Assembly: GCF_046105845.1 (NCBI RefSeq)
Contig: NZ_CP151004.1
Reading direction: 5' to 3' (one strand)
DNA length: 64,000 bases
DNA from: Escherichia coli
GTDB lineage: Bacteria > Pseudomonadota > Gammaproteobacteria > Enterobacterales > Enterobacteriaceae
A model generated the notes under the pieces. It searched no databases, was not told where the DNA came from, and saw nothing but the letters and a program-made list of their open reading frames with translations. Each line of letters starts with the position of its first letter. Positions within the stretch are counted from its first letter, which is position 1. The translations under genes were made by a program, and so were the position numbers. Positions 20,876 through 34,261 of the stretch are shown here, in pieces.

Positions 20876-20963
20876 ATATTACCGGAGATATGACAGAGTG
20901 AAGATCAATATCACTCCCCTGTTAAAAGATTCTTGTCGTCTCAGGTAAAATACATGATTAATA

Positions 20964-21848
20964 TCAATCATGTATTTTTACAGCAAGACAACCACGAACA
21001 AATTCAGGATTAAAATGTTTTACCGACTCCCCAACATAACCCAAATCAAGCGAACTAATTTGTGCCATTTCTTTCTCTGTCAGTGAGAAATCCCAGATAG
21101 CAAAATTTTCTTCGATACGCTGTTGATGTGTCGATTTCGGAATAACGACCACTCCCCGTTGAATATTCCAACGCAGAATGACCTGAGAAATCGATTTTTG
21201 ATGGGCATCTGCAATACTCTGAAGCAGATTATTTTCAAAGGGTTTATGTCGTCCACCACCTAACGGAGCCCATGCTTCAGGCTGCACGTTATAATACTTC
21301 ATGGTTGCCAGCGCCTCTGGTTGGGCAAAATAGGGATGCAACTCGACCTGGTTGACCATCGGTTTAACTCTTACCGTTTCACAAAAGTTCGCCAGAACAT
21401 GAGGGTAGAAATTGGAAACCCCAATCGCTTTTAATTTGCCCTCTTCATAGGCATCTTCGAGTGCACGCCACGCACTGAAATAATCGCGCATGGCCTGGTG
21501 CAATAAAAAGAGATCGAAGTATTCCAGTCCCGATTTTTTTAATGATTCTTCAATACCTGCTGCTGCAATATCCTGATTCAACATATCCTGCACCCACAAT
21601 TTAGACGTTATAAATAACTCTTCTCGGGTACATAAACCTTCAGATATGGCTTCACGAACGGCTTCACCGACGGCATCTTCATTACCGTATACCGCTGCAG
21701 TGTCGATGAGTCGATAACCCGTGCGGATAGCATTCAACACTGACTGTTTGCACACGTTTTTATCGGTAACCTGAAAAACACCAAATCCCATCATCGGCAT
21801 TTTCAGATTGTTACTTAATACGGAAAATTCCACTGTCAGTCCCTCCAT
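20964..21848 (-). CDS. Aldo-keto reductase (intact)
   Basis: 294 aa; AKR motifs ([23 protein letters not shown]); paralogous to the AKR at 27879-28730. Confidence 0.85.
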   Translation of the reverse strand: MEGLTVEFSVLSNNLKMPMMGFGVFQVTDKNVCKQSVLNAIRTGYRLIDTAAVYGNEDAVGEAVREAISEGLCTREELFITSKLWVQDMLNQDIAAAGIEESLKKSGLEYFDLFLLHQAMRDYFSAWRALEDAYEEGKLKAIGVSNFYPHVLANFCETVRVKPMVNQVELHPYFAQPEALATMKYYNVQPEAWAPLGGGRHKPFENNLLQSIADAHQKSISQVILRWNIQRGVVVIPKSTHQQRIEENFAIWDFSLTEKEMAQISSLDLGYVGESVKHFNPEFVRGCLAVKIHD

Positions 21849-22048
21849 TAGGCATGAACAATGAGTCTACGTTAAAACATAACCTCAAATTAGTATGTGG
21901 ATTTTGATATCACTTATGCAAAAAATTCATTAATAATGTAGGACTGAAACCTCTCTATTTTCGGGGACAACGAAGCAGACGCTACCAGTGCTTTTGCCTT
22001 GGGCCTTGCTGTTTTTGATACACTTAGGGCCCAGGGCATAACGAAAAT

Positions 22049-22939
22049 GTGCGATATGACAAAGAATTAATGGAGAATGTGATGATCAGGCAGAAGATTC
22101 TACAGCAGCTCCTGGAGTGGATTGAGTGCAATCTCGAGCACCCTATTTCAATCGAAGATATCGCACAGAAATCTGGCTACAGCAGACGCAACATCCAGCT
22201 TCTGTTCCGAAATTTCATGCATGTGCCTTTGGGAGAATACATTCGCAAACGAAGGCTTTGTCGCGCCGCCATTCTTGTCCGGCTCACCGCGAAATCTATG
22301 CTTGATATTGCACTCTCTTTGCATTTTGACTCACAGCAGTCATTCAGCCGCGAATTTAAAAAGTTATTCGGCTGCTCTCCCCGTGAATACCGCCACCGTG
22401 ATTATTGGGATCTCGCAAATATCTTCCCTTCTTTTTTAATACGTCAACAGCAAAAGACGGAGTGTAAATTAGTCAACTTTCCTGAGACACCTATTTTTGG
22501 CGATTCATTTAAATATGACATTGAAGTGTCGAATAAATCACCGGATGAAGAAGTCAAACTGCGACGTCATCATTTAGCCAGATGTATGAAGAGTTTTAAG
22601 ACGGATATCTATTTCGTCTCCACATTCGAACCGTCAACAAAATCGGTCGATTTGCTCACAGTTGAAACTTTTGCCGGTACGGTATGCAAACAAACCGATT
22701 CAGAGATGTCGAAAGAGTGGACAATTAACCGAGGACTGTATGCCTCTTTCCGCTATGAAGGTGAGTGGGAGCACTACCCTGAATGGACGCGAAACCTCTA
22801 TCTGATGGAATTACCTGCCAGGGGGTTAGCCAGAGTGAACGGCAGTGATATTGAGCGATTTTATTACAATGAAAACTTCGTCGAAATTGATAGCAATAAC
22901 ATTGTTTGCGAAATTTTTATCCCCGTTCGCCCGGTTTAG
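22049..22939 (+). CDS. AraC-family transcriptional regulator (ykgA-like), N-terminal HTH
   Basis: 296-aa ORF; N-terminal AraC-type HTH (ISIEDIAQKSGYSRRNIQLLFRN...FKKLFGCSPREYR); true start may be M8 or M12. Confidence 0.75.
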   Translation: MRYDKELMENVMIRQKILQQLLEWIECNLEHPISIEDIAQKSGYSRRNIQLLFRNFMHVPLGEYIRKRRLCRAAILVRLTAKSMLDIALSLHFDSQQSFSREFKKLFGCSPREYRHRDYWDLANIFPSFLIRQQQKTECKLVNFPETPIFGDSFKYDIEVSNKSPDEEVKLRRHHLARCMKSFKTDIYFVSTFEPSTKSVDLLTVETFAGTVCKQTDSEMSKEWTINRGLYASFRYEGEWEHYPEWTRNLYLMELPARGLARVNGSDIERFYYNENFVEIDSNNIVCEIFIPVRPV

Positions 22940-22993
22940 CTGTAGCGATGTTTACATGAATTTATAACGAGACTACTGTCAGGCAATTCAATA

Positions 22994-23026
22994 AATAATG
23001 GCGTTGAAGATGTCAACGCCATTATT
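22994..23026. terminator. 14-bp perfect stem hairpin (aataatggcgttga-agatg-tcaacgccattatt) followed by T-rich tract; bidirectional terminator between AraC gene and eaeH
   Basis: Seen directly between convergent gene ends. Confidence 0.6.
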
Positions 23027-23059
23027 GTTTATTAGAATGTTACTTTCATATTCTTAATA

Positions 23060-26000
23060 TTATTTCATCGCCTCCTCGCCCTTTGCCGTATCGGCATCCA
23101 CCGCGGTTATGGTCACCGTCACTGGCTTCATTTCGTACCCGCCATACGTCAGGGCGTTAAATGTAAACGTATAGACACCTGGCTTGTTGGTACTAAATTT
23201 ACGCGTGATTTTTCCGCTCACGAAATGGTCATTTTTCGACGGCAGGAATTGATAATCCTTCTCCGTCACTCCTTCCGGAGCCTCAATGTCGACCCACACA
23301 TTCCCCCCAACAGGGTTATTTGCCGAGAACAGGGTAACCGTCATTGTTGCGGTCTGTACCCCATCCGCCACCAGAGAAGTCACATCAGATGATGCGGCGA
23401 GCACCGCGTTTTTATCATCCGCGACGAATTTAGATTCAGCAGTTTTCGTCGATTCCTGACCGTTGGCCTGTTCCACTTTCGCCGTGAGTGTATATTTCGC
23501 TGCGACAGTGGTCGTGGCGGTGAAAATAGCCTGCCCTTGCTCATTAGTTTTCGCCGTCCCATCGGGATCCAGAGCTAAATTTGCCGGGCTGGCAGTCAGC
23601 GTCACCTCGCTATCTTTCAACAGGTTGTTATTGGCATCAGTCACCGTAACTTTATACGTCTGTTTGGCTTTGCCGTCCGCCAGTGCATAGTTGCCAATCA
23701 CCTCAATACTGGAAACGGTTGCGGTAGCCTTATCGGCTACAAACGTTATAGTCTGCGTATTCGAAGGCTGGCTATTCCCTGCCGATGCCGTGATCTCATA
23801 CGTTCCGGCAGTCACTGAAACCACCTGCAACTCTGCTTTCCCCTCATCGTTGGCTTTCACCCAGACATTATCGCCTGTAAGCGGCTTGACACCCCGGGGC
23901 AGATTAAAGGTCACCAGAGTTCCTGGAACAGGGTTACCGTTTTTATCCTCAACGGTCGCCGTCAGCGTAAAGGCATCTTTGCCGTTTGCCACTTTTTGAA
24001 CGGCGGTGTTAACCTGCAGGTTTGCCTGACCGGTGCTGGCATCCGCGTTGAATTTCACCGTGACCGTCTTCTGAGAGTTTTTCACCACGGCCGCGATTTC
24101 AAGTTCCCCTGCAACGGTTGATATCAACTCAATATCCGCTTTACCTGCCGCATTGGTTGTTACTGTATTCCCCGTATTGCTAGTCACACCCTGCGGTAAA
24201 GTCAGCGTAACTTCTTGCCCCTGCAACGGGTTACCATAGCTGTCCACGACGGTCAGGGTTATCTGGTTAGCAGACTGTCCATTAGCCAGTTGGTTATTAA
24301 CCTTCACTGTCATATCACGAATCTCAGCCTGAGAAGCGTCACCTGCAACGTTCAGCACCAGTGGCTGAGCAACGGCATTTTGGCCGTTCACTCGCGGCAT
24401 CACAGACAACTGACCCGCAGCCGATCCCAGCGTTAAGGTCGCAACATAGATGCCGTTACTTTGCTCTGTCCAGCTTCCTGCTGAAGGACGCTCACTCCCC
24501 GTGCTGGCGGCACCGCTAAACACTGGTGCATCTGGCTTCAGCCCGGTGACCGGGTTCCCGTACGCATCCTTCACGGTGAAGGTGAGTTCCGTCGTCGTTT
24601 TAACCGTTGGAGTCTTATTGTCCGCAACAAGCGTAGAGTTCGCTGATGACATCTCCCCGGCGATGACCGTCAACTGCGCGGCTTCGGTGGCTGCTGGCTG
24701 GCCGTTGAAGAGAGGCATGACACGAAGCTCGCCCGTCTTTCCGCCTGTGGTCAACGTAGCAACATAGGAACCGTCACCTTTTTCGGTCCAACTGGAAATA
24801 GTCGCCCCTTCAGAGGCGGTCCCCGTCAAACTTGCCGACAACGAAAGACCACTGATAGCGTTGCCATGCGCATCTTTCGCCACCAGCGTCACGGTTGTGC
24901 TTTCACCGGCTTTTACGTGATCTTCTGCGACAGAGACTTTCGACTGGTTTGAAGATAACGCATCAGCCACCACGGTTACTTTTGCCGCGTTTGCTGCCGC
25001 ATCCTGTCCATTTAGCTTCGGCATAACTTCTAATTCACCCGCCGTAGAGCCGAGAGTAATCTGCGCAGTCCACGTTCCATCACCATTATTTGTCCAGCCA
25101 GATGCTGTAGAACCTACAGCCGCAGCACCCGCTAATGACGGCGCTTCCGGCGTGAGGCTGGTCACAGGGTTGTCATAGGCATCTTTTGCCGTCCAGATTG
25201 CCGTAACTGTACCGCCAACCACCGGTTTATCAGGATTCAGTGTGATGGACGAATGTGCTGCATCAAGCGGCCCGGCAACAAACTTCAGCGTTTGTTGTAA
25301 TGTGCCCAGCTGATACTGCTCGCTGAAGGCACGCACAACAACGTTTCCGGCACGGGTCGAAGAAACCGTGGCGCTGTAAACCCCAGGTTTTATTTCCGAA
25401 ATGGCACCAACGGTAACACCATTAGTGTCTTGCGGAACAAGTCGCAGGCGGCTGGCTTCTCCCGTCACCGGATTACCCTCGGAGTCCACCGCAGTCAGCG
25501 TCAGCGTGTAGGCTTGCTGACCATCAGCAACCACGTCACCTGACAGCTCGTTAGCGCTCAGGGTGGAGTTTGCCACATCCATCATCGTGGCCCGCAGTTC
25601 TGCAGTGACGGTTTTGCTCATGCCATCAACGCTAACAGTAATCGTTGCCTCACCTGACTGCGTTCCGGTCGTAAAGACAGACTGGTACACCCCTGCTTCA
25701 GTTTCGGTGAACTCACCCAGTGTGGGCTGTGCCTGTGATTTAGTGGCCTTCAGGGTACGAGTCACAATATTTCCAGCCGGTTTGAAGGTTAGTTCAGTCT
25801 TGATCTGATCTTTCATGCCCGTGACTGGCTGGCCCTCGGCGTCGCGCAGAGACAGCACCAGCGGCTTTTGCTCATTACCGTTAGCAAGCATTTGAATACG
25901 GCTCTGACCGTCAAGCGTTAACGCCGTACGATCGGCGCTCATACCAGCTCCGCTAATAACCACTTCTGTCTGCACACGTTTCGAGGCATTGCCTTTGTTA

Positions 26001-27313
26001 TCGTAGGCAATCGCTGAAATCGCATAATAATTGTCTTTGCCTGGACGATAAGCCGGGAGCGTTACTTGCCACTGACTACCCTGACCGGTAATTTTGCCAC
26101 CTTCAGCCAGTAATGACGGCGCTTCCCACTGCACATTTTTCAGTCCGTGAGTTGCTTTGCTGACCACAAGCCCCAGGGAAACCGTCTGACCGCCCTTACC
26201 TTCAATCCGCTCAGGCAGAGCAATACGGATCACTTCAGATTTGCGGTACTCAAGAACGATGTTGTTATTACGCTCAACCAGGTCATAGCGGCTGCCTGCC
26301 AGCATTCGACGCTCGCGAATGCTGTCTGTATCGAGTTGTTTTTGCAGAGGTTCGCCAATCCGATAATTAACTTCCAGGCCAAAGCGAGTGTCATTCTCAC
26401 CACTCTTGCCCTGCTTATGCCCGGCGCTCAGTGTCAGAAGAGGCACTGGTGTATAGGTTACCTCGGCAGAAATAGCATGCGGGTCTTTCTGGCGTTTATC
26501 TTTACCAAACAGCCCGACTTCATCACCATAATACTGCTCATACATCAGGCTTGCGCCAAGCTGCGGCCAGGCAGGTAAATAGCCCTCAGCACGAATATCC
26601 CAGCCATTCGCCGGGCGTTCCTGATAATCCTCAACATCCGGCGATTTTTTCCAGCCAGAAGCCCGAATATAACCATTGGCGCTCAGTTTCAAATAATCGC
26701 GCCAGTATTCCGCACCAACACCAATCCGGGTATGACTACGGGATAAATCATGATCGATAAAAGTATTCACCCCCGCCATCCAGTCATTTCCTGAAAAATG
26801 ACGCCAGCCAAAACCAATATTTGACTGAGTACGATCGTCGGTACGATGTATTGCCCCCTGAGTGAACAACATATTTGTCGGCGTATCATAAATAGGATAA
26901 AGCATTTCCAGCGAAGAATCCTTCAGCGAGAAATCTTTATCGACATTCAGTTTGACGCGCGCAGTACCGTATTTCCCGAGCCACTCCTGAATTTCCTGGT
27001 TAGCTTTAGCGGTGGCCATTCCGGTAATAAAGTTACGTGTCGCATCGCTATCTGGCTGACTGCTTAAAAATGTCCCGGCATTTGCGGCAAACGACGCGAC
27101 ATTTTTCTCCACATTATTATCAGCAGCTACTGTGGTATTTTCCATGCTCAAACGTGGCTGAACCGTATGCTGCGCACGTGCTGCCATTACTGGCGTAAAG
27201 GTGACAGCGAGTGGAAAAAGAACCTGAACAGAGATATTTGCCCACGCCACGCAGCGGGCCAGAACTGAATAACGAAATCGTGGTTGTTTATGACCTGTTT
27301 TATAACGTGACAT
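23060..27313 (-). CDS. eaeH: Full-length inverse autotransporter (intimin/invasin family) adhesin EaeH/FdeC
   Basis: 1417 aa; N-terminus MSRYKTGHKQPRFRYSVLARCVAWANISVQVLFPLAVTF and repetitive Big-domain passenger match recalled FdeC. Confidence 0.92.
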   Translation of the reverse strand: MSRYKTGHKQPRFRYSVLARCVAWANISVQVLFPLAVTFTPVMAARAQHTVQPRLSMENTTVAADNNVEKNVASFAANAGTFLSSQPDSDATRNFITGMATAKANQEIQEWLGKYGTARVKLNVDKDFSLKDSSLEMLYPIYDTPTNMLFTQGAIHRTDDRTQSNIGFGWRHFSGNDWMAGVNTFIDHDLSRSHTRIGVGAEYWRDYLKLSANGYIRASGWKKSPDVEDYQERPANGWDIRAEGYLPAWPQLGASLMYEQYYGDEVGLFGKDKRQKDPHAISAEVTYTPVPLLTLSAGHKQGKSGENDTRFGLEVNYRIGEPLQKQLDTDSIRERRMLAGSRYDLVERNNNIVLEYRKSEVIRIALPERIEGKGGQTVSLGLVVSKATHGLKNVQWEAPSLLAEGGKITGQGSQWQVTLPAYRPGKDNYYAISAIAYDNKGNASKRVQTEVVISGAGMSADRTALTLDGQSRIQMLANGNEQKPLVLSLRDAEGQPVTGMKDQIKTELTFKPAGNIVTRTLKATKSQAQPTLGEFTETEAGVYQSVFTTGTQSGEATITVSVDGMSKTVTAELRATMMDVANSTLSANELSGDVVADGQQAYTLTLTAVDSEGNPVTGEASRLRLVPQDTNGVTVGAISEIKPGVYSATVSSTRAGNVVVRAFSEQYQLGTLQQTLKFVAGPLDAAHSSITLNPDKPVVGGTVTAIWTAKDAYDNPVTSLTPEAPSLAGAAAVGSTASGWTNNGDGTWTAQITLGSTAGELEVMPKLNGQDAAANAAKVTVVADALSSNQSKVSVAEDHVKAGESTTVTLVAKDAHGNAISGLSLSASLTGTASEGATISSWTEKGDGSYVATLTTGGKTGELRVMPLFNGQPAATEAAQLTVIAGEMSSANSTLVADNKTPTVKTTTELTFTVKDAYGNPVTGLKPDAPVFSGAASTGSERPSAGSWTEQSNGIYVATLTLGSAAGQLSVMPRVNGQNAVAQPLVLNVAGDASQAEIRDMTVKVNNQLANGQSANQITLTVVDSYGNPLQGQEVTLTLPQGVTSNTGNTVTTNAAGKADIELISTVAGELEIAAVVKNSQKTVTVKFNADASTGQANLQVNTAVQKVANGKDAFTLTATVEDKNGNPVPGTLVTFNLPRGVKPLTGDNVWVKANDEGKAELQVVSVTAGTYEITASAGNSQPSNTQTITFVADKATATVSSIEVIGNYALADGKAKQTYKVTVTDANNNLLKDSEVTLTASPANLALDPDGTAKTNEQGQAIFTATTTVAAKYTLTAKVEQANGQESTKTAESKFVADDKNAVLAASSDVTSLVADGVQTATMTVTLFSANNPVGGNVWVDIEAPEGVTEKDYQFLPSKNDHFVSGKITRKFSTNKPGVYTFTFNALTYGGYEMKPVTVTITAVDADTAKGEEAMK

Positions 27314-27863
27314 TGAGATAATTTCCTGATGAACGAATTAACGAACATAGGCAGACACAAATAATGGCGTCTGCTTGTCAGAAAAACCGGGGATTTCCCG
27401 GTTTCCTTTTCCGCAGAAAAGGAAATACCTTTATGTAAGAAAGTACACCGCCACCTAATATATCCAGTGTCTGTAGCCACTCATCAGGTGGTTGGGCGCG
27501 GGATTATATTTTTATTTATGGGTAAAAATTTAGCTTTTTGTGCAAGTTATTAAATAGATACTTAAGTTATATTTCTTACTCTGCGGGCAGTGAATAATTC
27601 ATTATTAAGAGTGAATAATAATGACCTGTCTTTAATTAATCGCTATTGGGAATACGTCGAAGTAGGTATATACACCAGGATAAACCAATATATTTTTTAT
27701 GGATATTCATTTTCCTTCATCAGACTGTGAATTGCAGGGATATCGAACTTGCACGACTCATCGCAACACTCAAACAGATTTATGAATTTCGTTCATAACC
27801 CCTGACAAATCCTGCCGTCTAATCGAGCTTTTCCCTTTACGTTATGCTTCTCATGAACGATAA

Positions 27864-30730
<2,867 letters not shown>

Positions 30731-30870
30731 CTATTATTTTAGCCACATTATTAGTAACAATGATAATCTGGCTGTATCGAAAATAATTCTAAACTTTCAG
30801 GAGATTTATTATGAATAAACGTATCCTCACGATTGCGCCATTCTTCTTACCGATATTCTGACACATATCA

Positions 30871-31797
30871 TCAATTTTCGAGTTTTACTCTTTTCTCCAC
30901 CATAAAATCAATAAAAGCACGAACTTTAGAGGGCATTCTCACCCGTGATGAAACATATATATAAAATCCAGGAAATGAAACGGCCCAATCCTCAAGAATC
31001 GGCTGTAACTTGCCCGCATTAATATGTTCAGCGATTGCAAAATCCAGATGTTGAATGATACCCGTTCCATTCAGCGCCATTCGTATCATGCTTTCGTCAT
31101 CATTAGAAATATACTTACCTGACACCTCTATTTCGAACTCTTCATTACCCCCCACAACATTCGAAAACTCCCATGCAGAGAGTGCACCGCTACTTTTATG
31201 CCGCAACCGAAGACAATTATGGTTACTCAATTCCTGAGGCGTTTCAGGAATACCGTGTTCTTTTAAATAATCTGGCGATGCCACAGTAACCAGTTTAATA
31301 AGCGGAGAAACAGGAACGGCAGTCATATGCTCATCCAGTCCTTGCTCAAGACGTATGCCCACATCACAGCCGTCCGCAATAATGTTAGATAAACCGTCAT
31401 CCATAATGAGTTCTATCTTTGTTTTGGGGTAACGAGTAAGAAACTCGCCAATATGAGGCTCAACAAGCATCCGTGCTGCAACACGGGAGGAATTTATTCT
31501 CAACAGGCCTGTAGGTTCAAGTTGGGTATCACCAACATCTTTCAAAGCATCATCAATTTGTCCCAAAGCCGACACCAGCACTTCATACAGACGCTGTCCT
31601 TCCTCAGTAAGCGACATATTGCGGGTCGTACGGTATATCAGCTTGGTGTTAAGACGTTCCTCAAGAGATTTTAAATTCTGGGACAATGCGGCCCGCGTAA
31701 TACCCATTTCAGAAGCGGCTCTGGAAAAACTGCCGGCACGAACAATAAGCGCAAACCAGGCAAGAGAAGGCAAAATTGAAGGCTCTATTTTCATCAT
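30871..31797 (-). CDS. LysR-family transcriptional regulator
   Basis: LysR HTH (LAWFALIVRAGSFSRAASEMGITRAALSQNLKSLE); start taken at MMKIEP. Confidence 0.8.
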   Translation of the reverse strand: MMKIEPSILPSLAWFALIVRAGSFSRAASEMGITRAALSQNLKSLEERLNTKLIYRTTRNMSLTEEGQRLYEVLVSALGQIDDALKDVGDTQLEPTGLLRINSSRVAARMLVEPHIGEFLTRYPKTKIELIMDDGLSNIIADGCDVGIRLEQGLDEHMTAVPVSPLIKLVTVASPDYLKEHGIPETPQELSNHNCLRLRHKSSGALSAWEFSNVVGGNEEFEIEVSGKYISNDDESMIRMALNGTGIIQHLDFAIAEHINAGKLQPILEDWAVSFPGFYIYVSSRVRMPSKVRAFIDFMVEKRVKLEN

Positions 31798-31953
31798 TGT
31801 AAACCTTAACTTAACACTGTGATAGATATTAGACCATTGATGATAACCAATACAAGTCATACTATTACGCCGTTCTCGATATGAACACAAATGCCAGTTG
31901 CGGATAATAGAAATGATATTTAAATCTGTTTAGGCAAATCCCCGGAGCTTGAA

Positions 31954-32874
31954 ATGAAAACTGTTTCGATAAAACACACTTACTGGGATATAGCTGCTGA
32001 TATCTATTTCCCTGACGATTTTAATAGTAAAAAAAAGTATCCTGCCATTATCAGCGCCCATCCAATTGGAAGCTGCAAAGAACAGACATCGGGTAGTGTG
32101 TATGGTGCCGCCCTGGCAAAAGCTGGCTTTATCGTCATTGCTTTTGATGCCAGTTTTCAGGGAAGCAGCGGTGGGGAACCGCGTTATCTGGAAGATCCAA
32201 CAATGCGAGTAAAAGACTTCAGCATTGTCGTTGATTACCTTACCAGCTTACCTTACGTTGATGCCGGGCGTATTGGTGTACTGGGTATTTGTGGTGGAGG
32301 TGGATATGCCATTAATGCCGCAATGACAGAACGTCGAATTAAAGCTATTGGTACTGTCACGGGTGCAAACTACGGGCGTCTTATGCGTGAGGGATTTACA
32401 GCGTTTAATCCTATCGGAGCACTCGAAGCAATGGCGCAACAAAGAACAGACGAAGCTAACGGCGCAAAACTTCGCGTAGATGATTTACTCCCCTCTTCTC
32501 CAGATGCAGCTCTTGAAGCGGGATTAACAGAAATAGACCTTTTTGAAGCCACAGAATATTATCGTTCGCCACGAGGCTGTGCACCTAATGGGGTAAATCG
32601 TTCGCTATTCTCACATCAGACTGTTGCCGTGGGTTGGGATGCATTTCATCTTGCAGAAGTCCTGTTAACTCAACCAATAATGGTTGTGGTGGGCGATAGA
32701 GTGGGCGCATTTGGTGCCTACCGTGACGGCTGCGAAATTATTGGCCGCGCTGCCTCAAAACATAAAGAGCTGGTCGTGGTTGAAGGTTATTCACATTACG
32801 ACCTGTATGATAAGCCAGAACCTGTGAAACAGGCGCTCGATAAATTAATTCCTTTTTATAAAACACATTTGTAA
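31954..32874 (+). CDS. Alpha/beta hydrolase, dienelactone-hydrolase-like (GxCxG nucleophile elbow)
   Basis: 306 aa; GICGGGGYAI motif; divergent from LysR gene. Confidence 0.7.
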   Translation: MKTVSIKHTYWDIAADIYFPDDFNSKKKYPAIISAHPIGSCKEQTSGSVYGAALAKAGFIVIAFDASFQGSSGGEPRYLEDPTMRVKDFSIVVDYLTSLPYVDAGRIGVLGICGGGGYAINAAMTERRIKAIGTVTGANYGRLMREGFTAFNPIGALEAMAQQRTDEANGAKLRVDDLLPSSPDAALEAGLTEIDLFEATEYYRSPRGCAPNGVNRSLFSHQTVAVGWDAFHLAEVLLTQPIMVVVGDRVGAFGAYRDGCEIIGRAASKHKELVVVEGYSHYDLYDKPEPVKQALDKLIPFYKTHL

Positions 32875-33118
32875 TAATCTTACAGGGAGATTCCTTATCT
32901 CCCTGACATTTATCCTTTATTGACTACACAACAATAATGAAATTACTCAAAAAGAAATTTCATTAAAGAAACAAAAAAGCAGTAACTCAATCATTAAGAT
33001 TATTAGAAACCCTTTGAAGGGATTATAAATAAAGCCAGAAATCTTGGTTCCAAAGCTGGCAACAACTAACCAGTTAAAACATACGCATCAAAATCAGATA
33101 AACATTTGAGGTATTGTT

Positions 33119-34261
33119 ATGACAAATAAACACCCATCATTGTTTTCTCCTTTTATGCTGACAGAAAAAATAAAGCTACGTAATCGTATCGTTATGGCTC
33201 CTATGACGACCTGGTCAGCGAATCCTGATGGAACCATCTCTGAGCAAGAACTCGAATTTTATAAACGCCGCTCACAAAATGTTGGTTTAGTAATAACAGG
33301 ATGCACCTATGTCACGCCAAGCGGCATTGGGTTTACTCATGAATTTGCCGCGTATGACGACCGTTTCATTAACAGCCTTGAAAAGTTAGCAGCTGCAGCC
33401 AAAAGTGGCGGTGCTCCGGCTATTTTGCAGATTTTCCACGCCGGTAATAAAGCCATCCCGGAGCTTGTGCCAAATAACGATGTTATTAGTGCCAGCGCAT
33501 CAAGCGTAAAATCTGGTGATTTTATGAAGAGAGTGGTACAAAGCAGGGAAATGACTGAAAACGAAATTCAGGAAACCATTAGAGCATTCGGAGATGTCAC
33601 AAAAAGGGCGATTAAAGCAGGTTTTGATGGCGTTGAACTTCATGGTGCGCACGGATTCCTTCTGCAGAATTTCTTCTCCCCTCTATTTAACCAGCGTAAT
33701 GACCGATGGGGAGGAGATCTTGAAGGACGTATGCGCTTCCCGCTGGCCGTATTACAGGAAGTAAAAAATGTAGTCTATGAATATGCGACAAAGCCCTTTG
33801 CTATCGGTTACAGAATATCTCCTGAAGAATCTGTAACAGGGGGGCTGCGGATAGAGGATACTTATAAACTCCTTGATCGACTCATTTCATCCGGTATTTC
33901 GTATATACATACCTCGCTGGTCAGTATTAACGATAGCTACCCTGTTGAGTCGCCAAATGGCCCCCGAACTATTGAATTGATTTTAAATCATATTGCAGGC
34001 AGAGTGCCGGTAATCGCTGCAGGTAAAATACGCACACCGTCTCAGGCTCAAGAAGCAATTTCCGCTGGCCTGCCACTTGTTGCGATCGGTAAAGGGCTGG
34101 TGATAAATCCAGAATGGGTGACTTTAGCTGAATCAGGTAGAGGCCATGAAATTCAAACAACCCTTAATCCACAACTTGTTCCTGAATTAACCATTCCGGA
34201 TAAACTATGGGATCAAATTCAGGCATCGAAAGGAACTGGCTGGTTTCCGTTAATGGATTAA
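33119..34261 (+). CDS. NADH:flavin oxidoreductase, Old Yellow Enzyme family
   Basis: 380 aa; OYE-like N-terminus (RNRIVMAPMTT...QIFHAGNKA...ELHGAHGFLLQNFFSP). Confidence 0.8.
   Translation: MTNKHPSLFSPFMLTEKIKLRNRIVMAPMTTWSANPDGTISEQELEFYKRRSQNVGLVITGCTYVTPSGIGFTHEFAAYDDRFINSLEKLAAAAKSGGAPAILQIFHAGNKAIPELVPNNDVISASASSVKSGDFMKRVVQSREMTENEIQETIRAFGDVTKRAIKAGFDGVELHGAHGFLLQNFFSPLFNQRNDRWGGDLEGRMRFPLAVLQEVKNVVYEYATKPFAIGYRISPEESVTGGLRIEDTYKLLDRLISSGISYIHTSLVSINDSYPVESPNGPRTIELILNHIAGRVPVIAAGKIRTPSQAQEAISAGLPLVAIGKGLVINPEWVTLAESGRGHEIQTTLNPQLVPELTIPDKLWDQIQASKGTGWFPLMD

Noticed and set aside
20803-23059. Expected IS3 element and pseudogenes (ykgA/ykgQ) as in K-12
   Set aside because: No transposase ORF or terminal inverted repeats seen; the AKR and AraC-family genes here appear intact, so no mobile element is called.
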